Part shown: in pieces, positions 13,351 through 26,899 of the stretch | Numbering within the stretch: position 1 is the stretch's first letter | How the letters are laid out: the number at the start of each line of letters is the position of its first letter | NCBI RefSeq assembly: GCF_006345805.1 | Contig: NC_043005.1 | Span: forward strand, 21,142,001-21,206,000 | DNA length: 64,000 bases | Direction of reading: 5' to 3' | DNA from: Octopus sinensis | Lineage: Eukaryota | Position numbers and translations under genes: made by a program | Notes under the pieces: generated by a model | Database searches by the model: none | Told to the model about the DNA's origin: nothing | The model's input: only the letters and a program-made list of their open reading frames with translations

Positions 13351-13770
13351 CTAAGTATCAATGAATTGAGAAGTCATTCTTTTGTACACCAAGAGATGGG
13401 TTCATTCTTCCATATCCTTTTCAGTGATATCATGACATTCTTGGCTATGCTGAGTCTTCTCTTGATTTGCCAGGTATGATTGTAGTCATTGATAAGAGTA
13501 TCAATGTACATATATTCTTTTATATGTTTCCAATATTTTCATTACTTTTGCTTCTAGGGGTTTAGTACATGTGTACTTGCGTTGTTTTGCTCAATAAACT
13601 AAATCCAGTAGTTCTTGCATGTTGCTGGCTATGAGGACTACATCATCTGCATACATCAGATTTGAGATCATCATGATATCAATTTTGTTGCTTCCAACAA
13701 AAGAACGCTAGTTCACACATACAAACATTCACACACTTCCCTTATACATGCCCACACATACATACATATA

Positions 13771-13807
<37 letters not shown>

Positions 13808-13840
<33 letters not shown>

Positions 13841-16800
13841 ACGTCTGCTTTCCATGCTAGCATGGGTTGGACGATTTTGACTGAGGGCTGGTGAACCAGA
13901 TGGCTGCACCAGGCTCCAATCTTGATTTGGCAGAGTTTCTACAGCTGGATACCCTTCCTAACGCCAACCACTCCGAGAGTGTAGTGGGAGCTTTTTATGT
14001 GCCACCGGCATGGAAGCCAGTCAGGCGGTACTGGTAACGAACTCGCTCGAATCTTTTTACAAATGCCACCAGCACAGGTGCCAGTAAGACGACATTGGTA
14101 ACGATCACGCTCGAATGGTGCCCTTTTACGTGCCACCGGTACAGAAGCCAGTTGGCTGCTCTGGCAACGATCACGCAGGATGGTGCTCTTGGCACCCTAC
14201 TAGCATGGGCACAAGTGTCAGTAAGGTGACGCTGGTAATGATCACACTCGTAAGGTGCTCTTTGAACCCCGCTAGTACAGATGCCAGTCATCGAATGTGA
14301 TTTTGATTTCACTTGCCTCAGCAGGTCTTCGCAAGCAGAGTTTAGTGTCCAAGAAAGTAAAAGGTTCATATAAGTGGGCTGGTTACGCTCCTGGCATAGG
14401 CCACAGGTTATGGTTTCATTTGACGTGCCGGGTCTTCTCAAGCACACCATATTTCCAAAAGTCTCGGTCGCTAGTCATTTCCTTAGTGAGGCCTAATGTT
14501 CGAAGGTCATGCTTCACCACTTCATCCCAGGTCTTCCTGGGTCTACCTGTTCCACAGGTTCCCTCAACCGCTAGGGTGTGGTACCTTTTCATACAGCCAT
14601 CCTCCTCCATTCTCACTACATGACCATACCAGCACAGTCGTCTCTCTTGCACACACATCTCATGCTTCTTAGGTCCAGCATTTCTCTCAAAGTACCTACA
14701 CTCTGTCGAGTATGCACACTGACATTACACATCCATCAGATCATACTGGCTTCATTCCTTGCAAGCTTACACATGTCCTCAGCAGTCACAGCCCATGTTT
14801 CACTGTCATGTAGCATGGCTGTTCATACACAAGTGTCATACAATCTACCTTTTACTCTGAGCGAGAGACCCTTTGTCGCCAGCAGAGGTAAGCGCTCTCT
14901 GAACTTTGCCCAAGCTATTCTTATTCAAGCAGCTACACTTTCAGCGCACCCACCTCAGCTACTGGTTTGGTCACCTAGGTAATGGAAGCTATCAACTACT
15001 TCTAGTTTTTCTCCCTGGAATGTGGCAGAAGTTGGTCTCTACGCATTTTCAGTGTTTATTGCTCCCAAGCATCTGCCACATACAAAAACTATCTTCCCAG
15101 TTAGCCTTCCTTTGATATTGCTGCATCTCTTATGTGTCTATAGCTTACACTGGGTACATCTTATAGAGTTTCTACCTACGCCTCTACTACAGATTGAGCA
15201 GGGCCATCTACCTGAAGGGATTTGTGGTTTGTCTGCCTTCCTACATATTAGGACTTTGGTTTTAGCTAGGTTGATTCTAAGGCACTTCGATTCTAATCCT
15301 TGTTTCCACACTTGAAACTTCTCCTCTAGTTCTGATAGTGACTCAGCAATTAGAGCAAGATCATCAGCATAGAGGAGATCCCAGGGGCATCCTGTCTTGA
15401 ATTCCTCCGTTATTGCCTGGAGGATTATGTTAAATAGGAGGAGGCTGAGAACTGAACCTTGGTGGACCCCTACCTCTACCCTGAATTCTTCAGTGTACTC
15501 GTTGCCAACCCTCACCTTACTTACAGCATCCCTGTACATGGCTTGCACAGCTCTCACTAACCATTCATCTATCTCTAGTTTCCTCATTGACCACCAGATA
15601 AGGGATCGGGGGACCCTGTCAAAGGCTTTCTCCATGTCAACAAAAGCCAGGTATAGGGGTTTATCCTCGGCTAGGTATTTCTCCAGCAGCTGTCTTACCA
15701 GAAATATAGCATCAGTGGTGCTTTTCCCTGGCACGAAATCAAACTGCATCTCATCCAAGCTGACTCTCTCCCTAATCAGTTGGGCTATGACCCTCTCTGT
15801 CACCTTCATTACCTGATCCAACAGCTTGATACCTCTGTGATTATTTGTATCTAAAGCATCAGCTTTACCTTTGTAGCAGTTGACTATTATGCTACTACAC
15901 CAGTCATTGTGTATGACTCCTTCGTGTATCACCTGGTTAACTATACGGGTGACTAGGCTCTAGCCGACACTGCCTGATATTTTGAGTATCTCTGCAGTGA
16001 TTCCTGATGGGCCTGGGTCTTTCCCTGTCTTCATGCTTCTAATTGCCTTATCTACCAAGGAAATGTCAACTCAGATAGCTGGTCCATCTGTTGGGTCGAC
16101 ATTTGGCAGACTCTCTTCCATTTATTTTCTTTGTTCAGCAACCGTTCATAGTGGCATTTCCAAACTTCTCTCTTTGCATCCTCATTCAGCACAAGTGAAC
16201 CATCATCTGTGTGAACACATTTCTCTCCTACCACATCACGATTCTCTCTCACACATTGTCTTGCAACACGAAATACCTCAAGTCTTTCATCCTCATGGCA
16301 CAGAACATTGGCAATTTTTTTCTTATCTGCTTCTCCTCTGGCTAAATAAACCTGCCTCCTAGCTTCCCTTCTGGCAGTCTGATACACTTCCCTGCTACCA
16401 CCGTTCTTCCAGTCCTTCCAAACATGTTCCTTTTCTCTAATAGCCCTGTCAACAACATTGTTCCACCACCATGTTATTTTGGGTCGAGAGGGGACTTTGC
16501 ACTATCCACAGATCTGGTCGGTGGCCCTTAGCAGGTTGTCCTGTAGGAACCTCTAGTTGTCTTCTATACCATGTGAAGCTATATCCCCTACTATTTCGTC
16601 AAAGGCTTTGAGTAATATGTCTCTAAATTTCTGTCCATTTGCAGGATCTTTAAGTCTCCAGACCCTTCTTCTCCTTGCTGGTCGTCTTCTGGGCATCCAT
16701 TTAGCCCTGATCCTGAAGTCACTACCTACTAGTCTATGTTGTGGGGTACAATTCTTCACCTGGGAAGGTTTTGGCATTTATAAGCAGCCATCTTTCCCTT

Positions 16801-17490
16801 TTTCTGGTGAGGATGTAGTCGATCTGACTAGTGTGTCTGCCAGAGCTGTAGGTGACTAGATGGCTGGCAGGTTTTCTGAAGTTAGTATTGCAAACCATAG
16901 GATCATTTGTGTCACGGAACTCCAGCAGCCTGGTTCCCCCCTCATTGCGAGAGCCAAAACCGTAGCCTCCATGTATGCCATGGAAGCCCCCGACATGTTG
17001 TCCAACATGTCCATTGAAGTCGCCAGCCACAAAGAGAAGGTCCCTGTCATTCGTCAACGCGGTAGTCTGCAAGAGGGTGTCTTTCTGTCCATCAGGTAGC
17101 CCTGGCTGAGGGACATAGGCCGAGATAATGGTTGCTAACCCATGATGGAGCACTGATCTAATCTTAAGTATTCTGTCGCATACTCTGACTACCTCAATTA
17201 CTTTATCTACCCATTTCTCTGCAAGAAGTATACCAACACCCCCAACCCCGTCAGTGTTCCCTGCCCAGAAAATCTGGTACCTGTGTTCTTTGCCTGTGAG
17301 GAACCTAGCAGAACCTCCTCTCCACCTTACTTCTTGGATGCATCATATATCGACACATCTCCGTTCAAGCATCTCAACAATCTCACCAGACCTACCCTTC
17401 AGTGTGCCAACATTGAGAGTGCCAACCCTGAGGGTGTGGGAAGTATGGGCTCTAGAGATCCTGGGATGGAGGACAGTGGCATCATGTACC
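13808..17490 (-). pseudogene. Near full-length RTE-clade LINE, ORF2 (APE endonuclease + RT) disrupted by stops and frameshifts
   Basis: Endonuclease: TLNVGTLKGR...IQEVRW at about 17480, plus AGDFNGHVG and QIDYIL in 16734..17153. RT: FVDMEKAFD, GVHQGS, LLYADD in 15138..15932. C-terminus in 14416..14658. The 3' UTR has internal tandem repeats and a (GAT)n tail. Confidence 0.92.
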
Positions 17491-18405
17491 TGAAAAGAGA
17501 GCTCTCATTTGGCAGAATTCATAAGCAAACAATAGTCTTAAATTCAACCTGCATATGCTACACTATCATGTTTTGCACTGTATGATCACTACCTTATATA
17601 GTAGGGGTGGGGTAGGTGTAAGGCCTTTAGCAGTGTTCATGGGAGACAAGCAAAGGAAGATGAAATAGGGACTTCCGGTCCAGGTGGAGGGGGTGGGAGG
17701 GCGGGCGAACTGGCAACCATGCGCTAGGAATTAAAAGAGACAGAGTGAAGGCCGATAGATAGATAGATAGGCATATAGTGTAGGAATTAAAAGAGACAGA
17801 GTGAAGGCCGATATATGAGCCAGTGGGGGGGAGGGTCACGACATGTGGGAGGAATGGTTCTGGGATTTGAAGAAAGACAAGATTAGAGACGAAGGACTGT
17901 GTGATCATGTGATAAATTTTCATGAGTGAAAGAATATGTTGCAAATTAAGGAAATGCATGAGCTAGGGTTTAAAACGAAAAGACATCGACAGTAAGATGA
18001 AGCTATAGAACTATATTTACATGATGGCAAGGTGCCAGAATAAGACAGAATAGCGAGAATATAATAATAAGGGTTAATGATGATGATACTTGCAAAAAAT
18101 ACAATGAAAGGTAAGTAACAAGTTGAAGGTTAAAATCTCATATCTGAAATTTTTCATCCTCTGAGACTCGTATTTTACAGCCAGGGTATCGAAGTCAATA
18201 GAAGGGTCAGCAAGTATGCATTAGTTTATATTGGGTGCTTGAAGGTGTGGTGGGAGGAAGTAGGGAGTCTTGCTAGGCAGGTGGTAATCGAAAGAGAGTG
18301 AGATATAGATACGGACAGAGTGACAGCCGATAGAGAGAGAGAGAGATACATAGTGATAAAGAGAGGAGAGACAAGACACGAACTGCAAACTGGCAATATA
18401 TACAT

Positions 18406-18451
<46 letters not shown>

Positions 18452-18566
18452 ATAATAATAATAATAATAATAACAATTTGAGGGAATATTATTCCTAACT
18501 TACAGGGAAAAATTCAATTTAGAAATACTAAATCAAATTTCACAAAATATATAATATTTATATAAA

Positions 18567-18850
18567 AATTAGAAAAAAACCACCTTTTATCAATTCAAAA
18601 GTAACAATTAAATTACACCATCTACAAAATTATATATAATAGAAATATCTAAAATAAAATAACAATGATATACTGATGATTAAGTAAATTGCAAAATAAT
18701 AATAAAAGCGTATATATTTGGTAGAATAACGACACGTGTTTCATGGCTATATTTAAGAAATGATTATAGTAAAAAAATTAAAAGTAGTAGTAAAATCACT
18801 TCAATATAAATATAGCCACTCATCAGGTGAAAAATAAACTACAATAATAA
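18567..18850 (-). repeat. Left arm of an inverted repeat (Penelope-type tail family H1)
   Basis: Reverse complement of about 19985-20262. The family extends left to about 18480 and recurs at 7925-8000/8318-8370. Confidence 0.8.
18727..18830 (-). ncRNA. Type I hammerhead ribozyme-like motif (H1, copy A)
   Basis: tcac-CTGATGA-gtggctatattt...aaatatagccat-GAAA-cacgtg-TC-gtta: intact core, 12-bp stem II, palindromic stem III, GUC site. Confidence 0.6.
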
Positions 18851-18914
18851 AGTAATTGATTAATAAATATACGTAAATAATCTTTTAAAATATAAATATA
18901 TTCTTTAATATATA

Positions 18915-18952
<38 letters not shown>

Positions 18953-19984
18953 TACTAACTATACATTAAGTGAAAACTAAAAACAATACTTAAATTATAC
19001 AATACATTAAAATGAATTAATATACACAATGCTAATTCAAGCCATTAATAATGTAATCAAAATAAGAAATGGTTCAAATATAGACAAACTCATTAAATAA
19101 GCTAACTATATAATTAATATATATGTGTAGTTTCTATTGATTTAATATATCACTCAATAATATAGTTCACTAAATATCAATTGACAATTACACATATGCT
19201 GTTGTCTGAAGTGAATGAAGCTTTCTGCTTTTGCAGATGTTAACAGGATATATTCCGTAGTCTAACAGCATATGATAGCAGCAAGAGAATAGCTTTTACA
19301 TTTGTTCACTTGATCAATTATTATTGCAAACCTAGCAATTTACTCAACATTCATTTGTTTCTCAACTGTTCCATATGATTAGAATTTGAAAATGTCTTTG
19401 GTGAGAAACAACTCCGCTAAGTCTCATATTAATAATATCTTAGGTGACAATTAGGAAACATACTTGAAAGTTCCAATGTAATGGATGAAGTGCATTATTA
19501 GAAATATCCCTGAAAGCCAGATGCTAGACTTAGTTCATGAAGCAAAGAAACGTGGAAATTGCATGATAGAGGTGTAGGGAATTAATTAAAAAAATTAAAT
19601 AAAAGCAGTAATAAAACGCCTTGTATGTAAATAATGTACTTACAAGAGATAGTAAAGTGGGCAGTGATAATATCATGTTTCCAGAATCTATGATTGCCAG
19701 CATGAGAACTTCAATGTGGTTGCTCGATCTGCTAGAAAAAGCAGCCATGTCTAGCTCAAATCACATTCTACTATCTTCAATAAATATATGAGTGTATAAA
19801 TAACCCTAAAATTGTTGACTTGGGGGCTATACATCATCGTCGTTTAACGTCCGTTCTCCATGCTAGCATGGGTTAACAAACAGTATATGATTGTCTTAGA
19901 ATACAGTCTCATCCAACTTTGGAACCATATTGCTGTTTGTTAATGTATTTTAGAAAATAAATAAGTTCCACTATTCTAGTTTAT

Positions 19985-20262
19985 TCTAGTTTATTTTTAA
20001 CCTGATGAGTGGCTATATATATATATATATCAAAGTGATTTTACTGCTACTATTAATTTTTTTTACTATAATCATTTCTTAAATATAGCTATGAAACACG
20101 TGTCATTATTCTACCAAATATATACGTTTTTATTATTATTTTGCAATTTACTTAATCATCGGTATATTATTATTTTATTTTATATATTTCCATTATATGT
20201 AATTTTCTAGATGGTGTAATTTAATTGTTCATTTTGAATTGATAAAAGGTGTTTTTTTAAAT
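19985..20262 (+). repeat. Right arm of the inverted repeat (family H1)
   Basis: Reverse complement of 18567-18850, e.g. ttttgaattgataaaaggt vs accttttatcaattcaaaa and gaaacacgtgtc vs gacacgtgtttc. Confidence 0.8.
19998..20108 (+). ncRNA. Type I hammerhead ribozyme-like motif (H1, copy B)
   Basis: taac-CTGATGA-gtggctatat...atatagctat-GAAA-cacgtg-TC-atta. Confidence 0.58.
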
Positions 20263-20299
20263 TATATATATATATATATATATATATACTTACCTACAT

Positions 20300-20334
<35 letters not shown>

Positions 20335-20367
20335 CATATACATACATACATACATATATATATATAT

Positions 20368-20404
<37 letters not shown>

Positions 20405-20752
20405 TACATACACAGACAAATACATACATGAATTTCTACATTGAATTGCATGGATATACATATATATAGACAACAGATATATTTATATACATTTATAGAT
20501 TCATATAGACATAGCCTCTATACACTTCTTATCATTTTCTCTTCTATTCTACAATATATTTTGTGTTTTGTAGAATGATTCATTAAGGAACTTATTTTAT
20601 GAGTACTACCAGATTACTTGAATCCATATCTTGTGACCTAAATATATATCATCACCATCATTTAACATCTGCTTTCCATGCAGGCATATGTTGCATTGTT
20701 TGACAGGAGCTGGCCAGGTTGAAAACTACTCCAGGCTATATATATATATATT

Positions 20753-20783
<31 letters not shown>

Positions 20784-20799
20784 TATATACATATATAAA

Positions 20800-21345
20800 T
20801 AGATGAGTGAATTTTTACCTTGTTTACAATCAACACGGAAAAAATAAATAAATAGTTACCTGGGTAACAAAAATCTCACAAGTAAAGAGGTTGTAACTCC
20901 TTGTTTATAAAGGTAGAAACTTCGTGTTTACGTGGAATATTTTGAATAATATATGAATAGAGTGAGCATTCAGATGCAAACATTGGCAAAAACACACATT
21001 TAGTGCATATAAGTAGTTTCTATCATTATATATAATTTAAACTTTAATTTCCTTTATATTTAACATTCACTATTAATATCCCTTCTCTTTCTGTAAGCTA
21101 CTTATGACGTTATATCATATAACGTTTTTTTAAGCAATATTAATAGCATTCAGTCCAATGCTATACAAATCCATCATTTTTTGCTAAAATGTCTTATTGA
21201 CGAGTTTCGTTTTTTTCACTTTCCTGAAGAGAAGATTGCATTGTTTATACCATTTATTCTTTTGAATAGTATCAGTAGAATTTTCGAAACGTGTCAAAAG
21301 TAAAAATATTTGATTTACACCTGCGTTAAACAACATTTATTTATT
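20800..21345 (+). mobile_element. Penelope-like element 3' end relic with tail family H2
   Basis: A decayed ..RCKHWQK.. C-terminus-like segment near 20975, then a tail shared with 54440-54640. Confidence 0.5.
21218..21301 (+). ncRNA. Type I hammerhead ribozyme-like motif (H2, copy A)
   Basis: actttc-CTGAAGA-gaagatt...aattttc-GAAA-cgtg-TC-aaaagt. Confidence 0.55.
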
Positions 21346-21742
<397 letters not shown>

Positions 21743-21754
21743 CAGCAGGAGCAA

Positions 21755-23280
21755 CAGCATTTAACATCTGTTTTCCATGCTTGATGGGTTGGCAGGTTTG
21801 GCAGGAGATGACTAGCTGGAGAGCTGCCCAGGCACCAATTTTCTATGCATGTTTTGTATGACTGGATGCTCTTCCTAATGTCAATCATTTTACATGGAAC
21901 TAGTACAGGTGGTTTTATATTGCATCAGCACAAGTGCTTTTTTGTGGTACTGGTATTGGTGCTTTTACATTGCACAGCATGAGTGCTTTTGCATGACACT
22001 GACTTGGGTGTTTTTGCATGGTGCTGATATGAATGTGTTACTTGACATTGACATGGGTCTTTTGCATGGCACTAGCATGTGTACTTTTGCATGGAACTGA
22101 CACAGGTGCTATTTACATCACACCAGCATCCATTAAGCCCACAAGACAAGAATCCCTCAGCTGTAAGAGGGAATGAAGGGTATGGTCATAAAGGACATGC
22201 CTGTATGTATGGATGGTCATAATTTTACTTAGCTTGATGTGTTTTCTCAAGCACAGCAAATCACCAGATGTTTCAGTACCTTGCTACCTCTTTTGCAAGG
22301 TCAAACATCTGAAGATCTATTATCATCACCTCATCCTATGTCTTCTTGGGTCTACTCCTTATAAACATTTCCTCCACAATTAGAGATTAGCACTTCTTTA
22401 AGTGGCTGTCCTCATCCATATGTATCACATGACCATACCAATGCAGTCTTCTCTCTTGCGCACTGCAACTGATGCTTCTTATACCCAGATTTTCTCATGA
22501 ATCATTTATAGACTGTGGCACCTGCACATTGACATTAACTATCCAGTGGAGTGTGCTGGCTTCATTTCTTACAAACCTTTGTGTGTCCTCTGCAGTCACT
22601 GCCCATGTCTCGCTGCCATGTAGAATAGTTGTACATACACAGGCACCATACAATCTGCCTTTCACTCTTAAGTAGAGGCTCTTTGTTACCAACAATGTTA
22701 GTAGCTCTCTGAACTTTGCCTAGCCTGTTCTTATTCTAGCAACTATGCATTCAGGCCTCCCTCTTCCACTGCTGACTTGGTCATCATATGTAATGGAAGT
22801 AATCTACTACTTCTAAGTATCACTCTGGACAGTTGAGAAAGTGCATTCTCTGTATATTTTCTGAGTGTTATTGTACCAACACATCTGCAACACATAAAGA
22901 CTACACTTTCTGTTAATATTCTTGTGATACTGCTGCACCTCTTTATGTGTCCATAACTTGCACTGGGTACACTGTATGGTGTTTCTGCAAAACACCCTTT
23001 CTATTAAGCATGGACATCTCCCAGAAGGGACTTGTGATTGATTTGTTTTCCTACTTACTAGGACTTTGGTCTTTGCTAATTAACTCTAAGGCCCTTGATT
23101 CCAGACCTTGCTTCATACCTGAAATTTTTTCTCTAGCTCTAGTAGTGATTCAGCTATAAGAACAAGGTCATCAGTGTAGAGGAGCTCCTAAGAGCAGCTA
23201 GTCTTCAATTCCTTTGTTATGACCTCGAGGTCTATGATAAACAAGAGTGAGGCTGAGAACCAATTCTTGGTGAACTCTTA
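21755..23280 (-). mobile_element. Degenerate RTE-clade LINE 3' fragment
   Basis: ORF 22495..22695 (LRVKGRLYGACVCTTILHGSETWAVTAED) and 22813..22995 (RNTIQCTQCKLWTHK), plus the tail at about 21760. Confidence 0.8.
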
Positions 23281-23299
23281 CTTATACACCAAATTTGTT

Positions 23300-24110
23300 G
23301 CAATGCTCATTCAGAAATACAGGCTGGTTAAATTGCTTCAGGTCTGGTTCAGTCTAGATCTTCAGATGTAGAACTTGGATGAAGTAATGAGTGGAGTAGC
23401 TAGTTTCACCCAGAAATGGGTTGAAAGAAAGCTGTCTCTGAAAGGTCAGACGGAGGTGGCTAATTCTTGCAAAGCATCCATTGTATATCACAACTTGACC
23501 ATCATGCCTTGCTCCAGCTCATGTCTGGTCAGACACTTACTGTGGAAAGAACACATTCTAATGGTTGTGTGCTCTACTTCCTGTCAACATCCACAGTGGG
23601 GGACTGAGAAAAAATCATGGCTAGTAATACAGATATGCTCAGAGACTGTGACATGTCCATCAGTTCTTTGATGGGGAAAATGTGTGGATACTGATTCTGA
23701 AAATGGTGAGCTGTGGAAAAACTGCACATGTCCTTCAAAAAGCTACTCTTATGGGTCAAATAAAGAACAAATCACAGAACTTTGTATCTGAAACGTCATC
23801 AAGTTCTCACAGTACTCTACCATGGTGGTTGTATGATAAGTAGAAGTTTAATTTTGATATTTTATTGTAGGTTAGTGGATGGGAGTAAGTGCAGTGTTGT
23901 CTTTGAGAAAAATATGGGTGCTGACACAAATGAACTGGTTAGTCTGATCATGAGAATTTGAGGGTTGAGGGCCCTGGGCAATTTTTAGAAATCACTGGCC
24001 TGAAAGTGCACCAGACAGGTCTGTCTGAAATGCATGCAAAGTGATGAAACTGTTCTTGATGCACTTGTCTAGTCCCAAAAATTTCTGACATGTGGATTTA
24101 TGTCAAAGAC
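23300..24110 (+). mobile_element. Degenerate Tx1/L1-like LINE fragment
   Basis: ORF 23375..23671 (WVERKLSLKGQTEVANSCKASIVYHNLTIMPC...HLLWK) matches the family at 6596-7890 (YHLTVVPC...FLWK). A zf-RVT-like remnant lies near 24020. Confidence 0.7.
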
Positions 24111-25298
24111 ATGCTGTCACATATATAATGTATCTAGTTATTATGAAGATCACCATACTGCCTGCATTTCATTGACAAGGACAGACTGTATTTAGTTGTC
24201 TGGTGGCCTTGGTGGTATATTTAGTTGTCTGGTGGCTTTTGGTGGTAGATGCAGTGTGGTGGATGAGGTTGAAGTGAAGACAGGATGTCTCCCTCATTAG
24301 CCAAGTCCTCAGCAACTTTTGAAAAAGAAATTGAGTGTTGATATTGAAGTGCTGTCTTCCAGAAAATTTGTTGACATGCAAAAGAGCATGGCATGCATAC
24401 TCCCAACAAAATGGACAGCTCTGAGCACACATCTGTTGATTGGAGACAGATAACTGGGAGAGGACACTTGTCTTAGTGATCAAGGTAACTCTTGTTTTGT
24501 AGGATTTCTACAATGAACTCTTAGTAGTCTCCTGTGCTTTGGGGAATTTTTCTTCATTTGAGATCTTTGTTTTGTTGTTATTTTATATTTTCAATACTCT
24601 TTTACATGTTGGTAGAAGAAAATACAAAGTAATCCTACTTTGTATCTTCCCAAATTTTCTTGTCTAGCCTTAAGGATTAATAAAGAAAACAATTTATGAT
24701 TGTTCTTGCTATTTTATAAATATTCCAAAAATATTATGTAGAAGTTGCAGTAATTGAAATTTTGTCTAAAATATGAGAAAATCATCTGATTTTATAAATA
24801 GACAATATGTTATTTAAAAAAATAGTCCATCCTCAAAACTATTTTTCAGCATAAGCCAAACTTTTCAGAATGAATCTGAATTTTGCTACATGTTTAGACA
24901 TACATTGAATCTCACCTCATTGTTTAGGTTGTATAGATAATCTATTTGTACATCTCACTTCTGTCAATGTGCCTTTGTCCAAGATTGAATGGTCATAGCA
25001 GCAATCAATACATTGGTTGACCACTTGTTTAAGGGAATATCAATCCTGCAAAAGCACACAATTAAAGGAGAGATGTATAAATGTATTGTCTGCAGCTGAA
25101 GTATTGAGACAAAGTTTCAAATCTGTTGAACATGTTCTATATTTTACATGAATTATGATTAGGCCATCAATCATTTCTAATAAATGGTTCATTTACAAAT
25201 TATGCACCAGATGCTTTGCAATATTTAATAACTGTGTGTGGAAGTGGTGGGGATGATGAGTATAAAATGTATTTCTTGTTTTCTTTTTATTTTGCTAG

Positions 25299-25529
25299 CT
25301 GACAAGCCTTTCAATCTAAGAAGAGTTAACATACCACAGAAGAATACTATTACAACACTTCAGTTTCAGACTGTAAGTAAGTGTGATGAAGCTTGTCGTA
25401 AACATCAAGGATGTAATTCTTATGAGTACAATGAAGAAACTAAATTTTGTATTTTGAGTGATGTGACTCCCTTGACTGGTGAACTTAAACCCAACAAAGC
25501 AAGATGGGATCTATACATGATTTACCCAG
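25299..25529 (+). CDS. PAN/Apple-like exon PA1 (DKPFNLRRVNIPQK...CDEACRKHQGCNSYEYNEETKFCILS...WDLYMIYP)
   Basis: ttttgctag acceptor and G|gtcagt donor; 231 nt; within ORF 25238..25537; PAN core C-x3-C-x5-C-x2-Y-x-Y...C. Confidence 0.88.
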
Positions 25530-25950
25530 GTCAGTAGAGTATTTCCATTTTATTTATTGCATGCATGTCTGTTGCATTTTCACATATGTATGTGTATCAC
25601 TTGACTGTATTGGCCACCAAAGCCATCAATGGACCTGAGAGTAATATATGTATGTATGTGTGTAAGATATGAAAATGATAAACACACATATCACACATAT
25701 ATATATACTCCAGTTTGGCCCTCTCCAAACAACATTTTTAAATCAATCAATAATAGAACAAATGTACGTTTTCATTAGGCTTTGGACTCTTTCAATTTAT
25801 TTCATACTTTATAATTATGACTGTACTCACTTAAGAATCACTTTTGTCAATCCTCAAAATATAATGTGTATATTCTCAAACATGTTAGCATGTATCCTTC
25901 TTCTTTCTCTTCTTCTAAACAAACAGAACAGCACATACACACATACATAT

Positions 25951-25999
<49 letters not shown>

Positions 26000-26899
26000 A
26001 TTTTTTAATCTTAGTATATATATTAACAAGCATGTTGATATGTATATAATGAGAGAAAGGTAGGGAAAAAGAAAGAGATGCTTTGAAAAGCAATGACTAA
26101 ATCAAGAATGACATCATGAATTGTGATTAAATTTCAATGGCTTGGCCACATATATTTCACTTTTCCAATCCTAATAAAGGAAAAGCAGTGAGAAGAGATG
26201 CTTTCAAAATCAGTGACTGAATCAAGAGTAACATCTTGAATTGTAATTAAATTTCAATGGGTTGACCTCATCAATACAATATAATTGAAAAGAAACTTCT
26301 CTCTCTCCCCCTCAAATTTGCTTTCCTTTCTCATTCTTTCTTATCCTGCTCACTATCTTTCTCTCTTTCTTCCTTTCTCAAAAAAAAAAATTTCTCTTTG
26401 ATTCATATAAAAGAGGAAGACACTTTCTGTTTTATTATCTTGGTTTTATCTTAGAGAGTTTAGTTAAATGAATGAAAGCCCTAATAAAGAGTTATCCAAA
26501 ATTCTGACTAGTACCGCTGCCTAGCTTGCCAGCTCTGGTCAAAGTATCCAACCCATGCCAGTGTGGACAGGGGATGTTAAATGATGATGATATATATGTG
26601 TGTATATATATATAAATATATTTGTGTGTGGGTGGGTGTGCATATGTATATATGTGTCTGTATGTGTGTATATCTTATATATATACACACACACACATAT
26701 ACACACATACACATGCACACACTCATACACACCCCACACCCACAACCTCTCACACACATATATATAATGTACTGATCCGTGACAGAAAATTTAGATGTTT
26801 CCCTAGATTTAAACTCCTCCTTATATTAACCTTTTCATAAGCCTAGTGAGAAACTCACATATATACATAAACAGTCTTGTCACCCTCCTGTAGTATTTA

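Noticed and set aside
14031-14260. Repeat-spacer-like array (tggtaacgatcacgctcgaat at about 14031, 14095, 14161, 14232) resembling a CRISPR array
   Set aside because: The repeats are degenerate, the spacers alternate in similarity (a dimeric tandem repeat of about 130 nt), the array lies in the 3' UTR of an RTE LINE in eukaryotic DNA, and there are no cas genes.
14578-16362. Long + strand ORFs (14578..14982, 15397..15816, 15982..16362) and similar - strand ORFs at 44202-45724
   Set aside because: Antisense shadows of RTE ORF2.
24169-24560. Minus-strand ORFs 24169..24483 and 24221..24430 as an RT fragment
   Set aside because: A QSCPF motif hints at the RT QGCP motif, but nothing else aligns.
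26070-26270. About 120-nt-period direct duplication (aagagatgcttt...aaatttcaatgg); also short direct repeats at 17725-17815 and 62890-62955
   Set aside because: Ordinary local tandem duplications with only two copies and no coding or structural signal.
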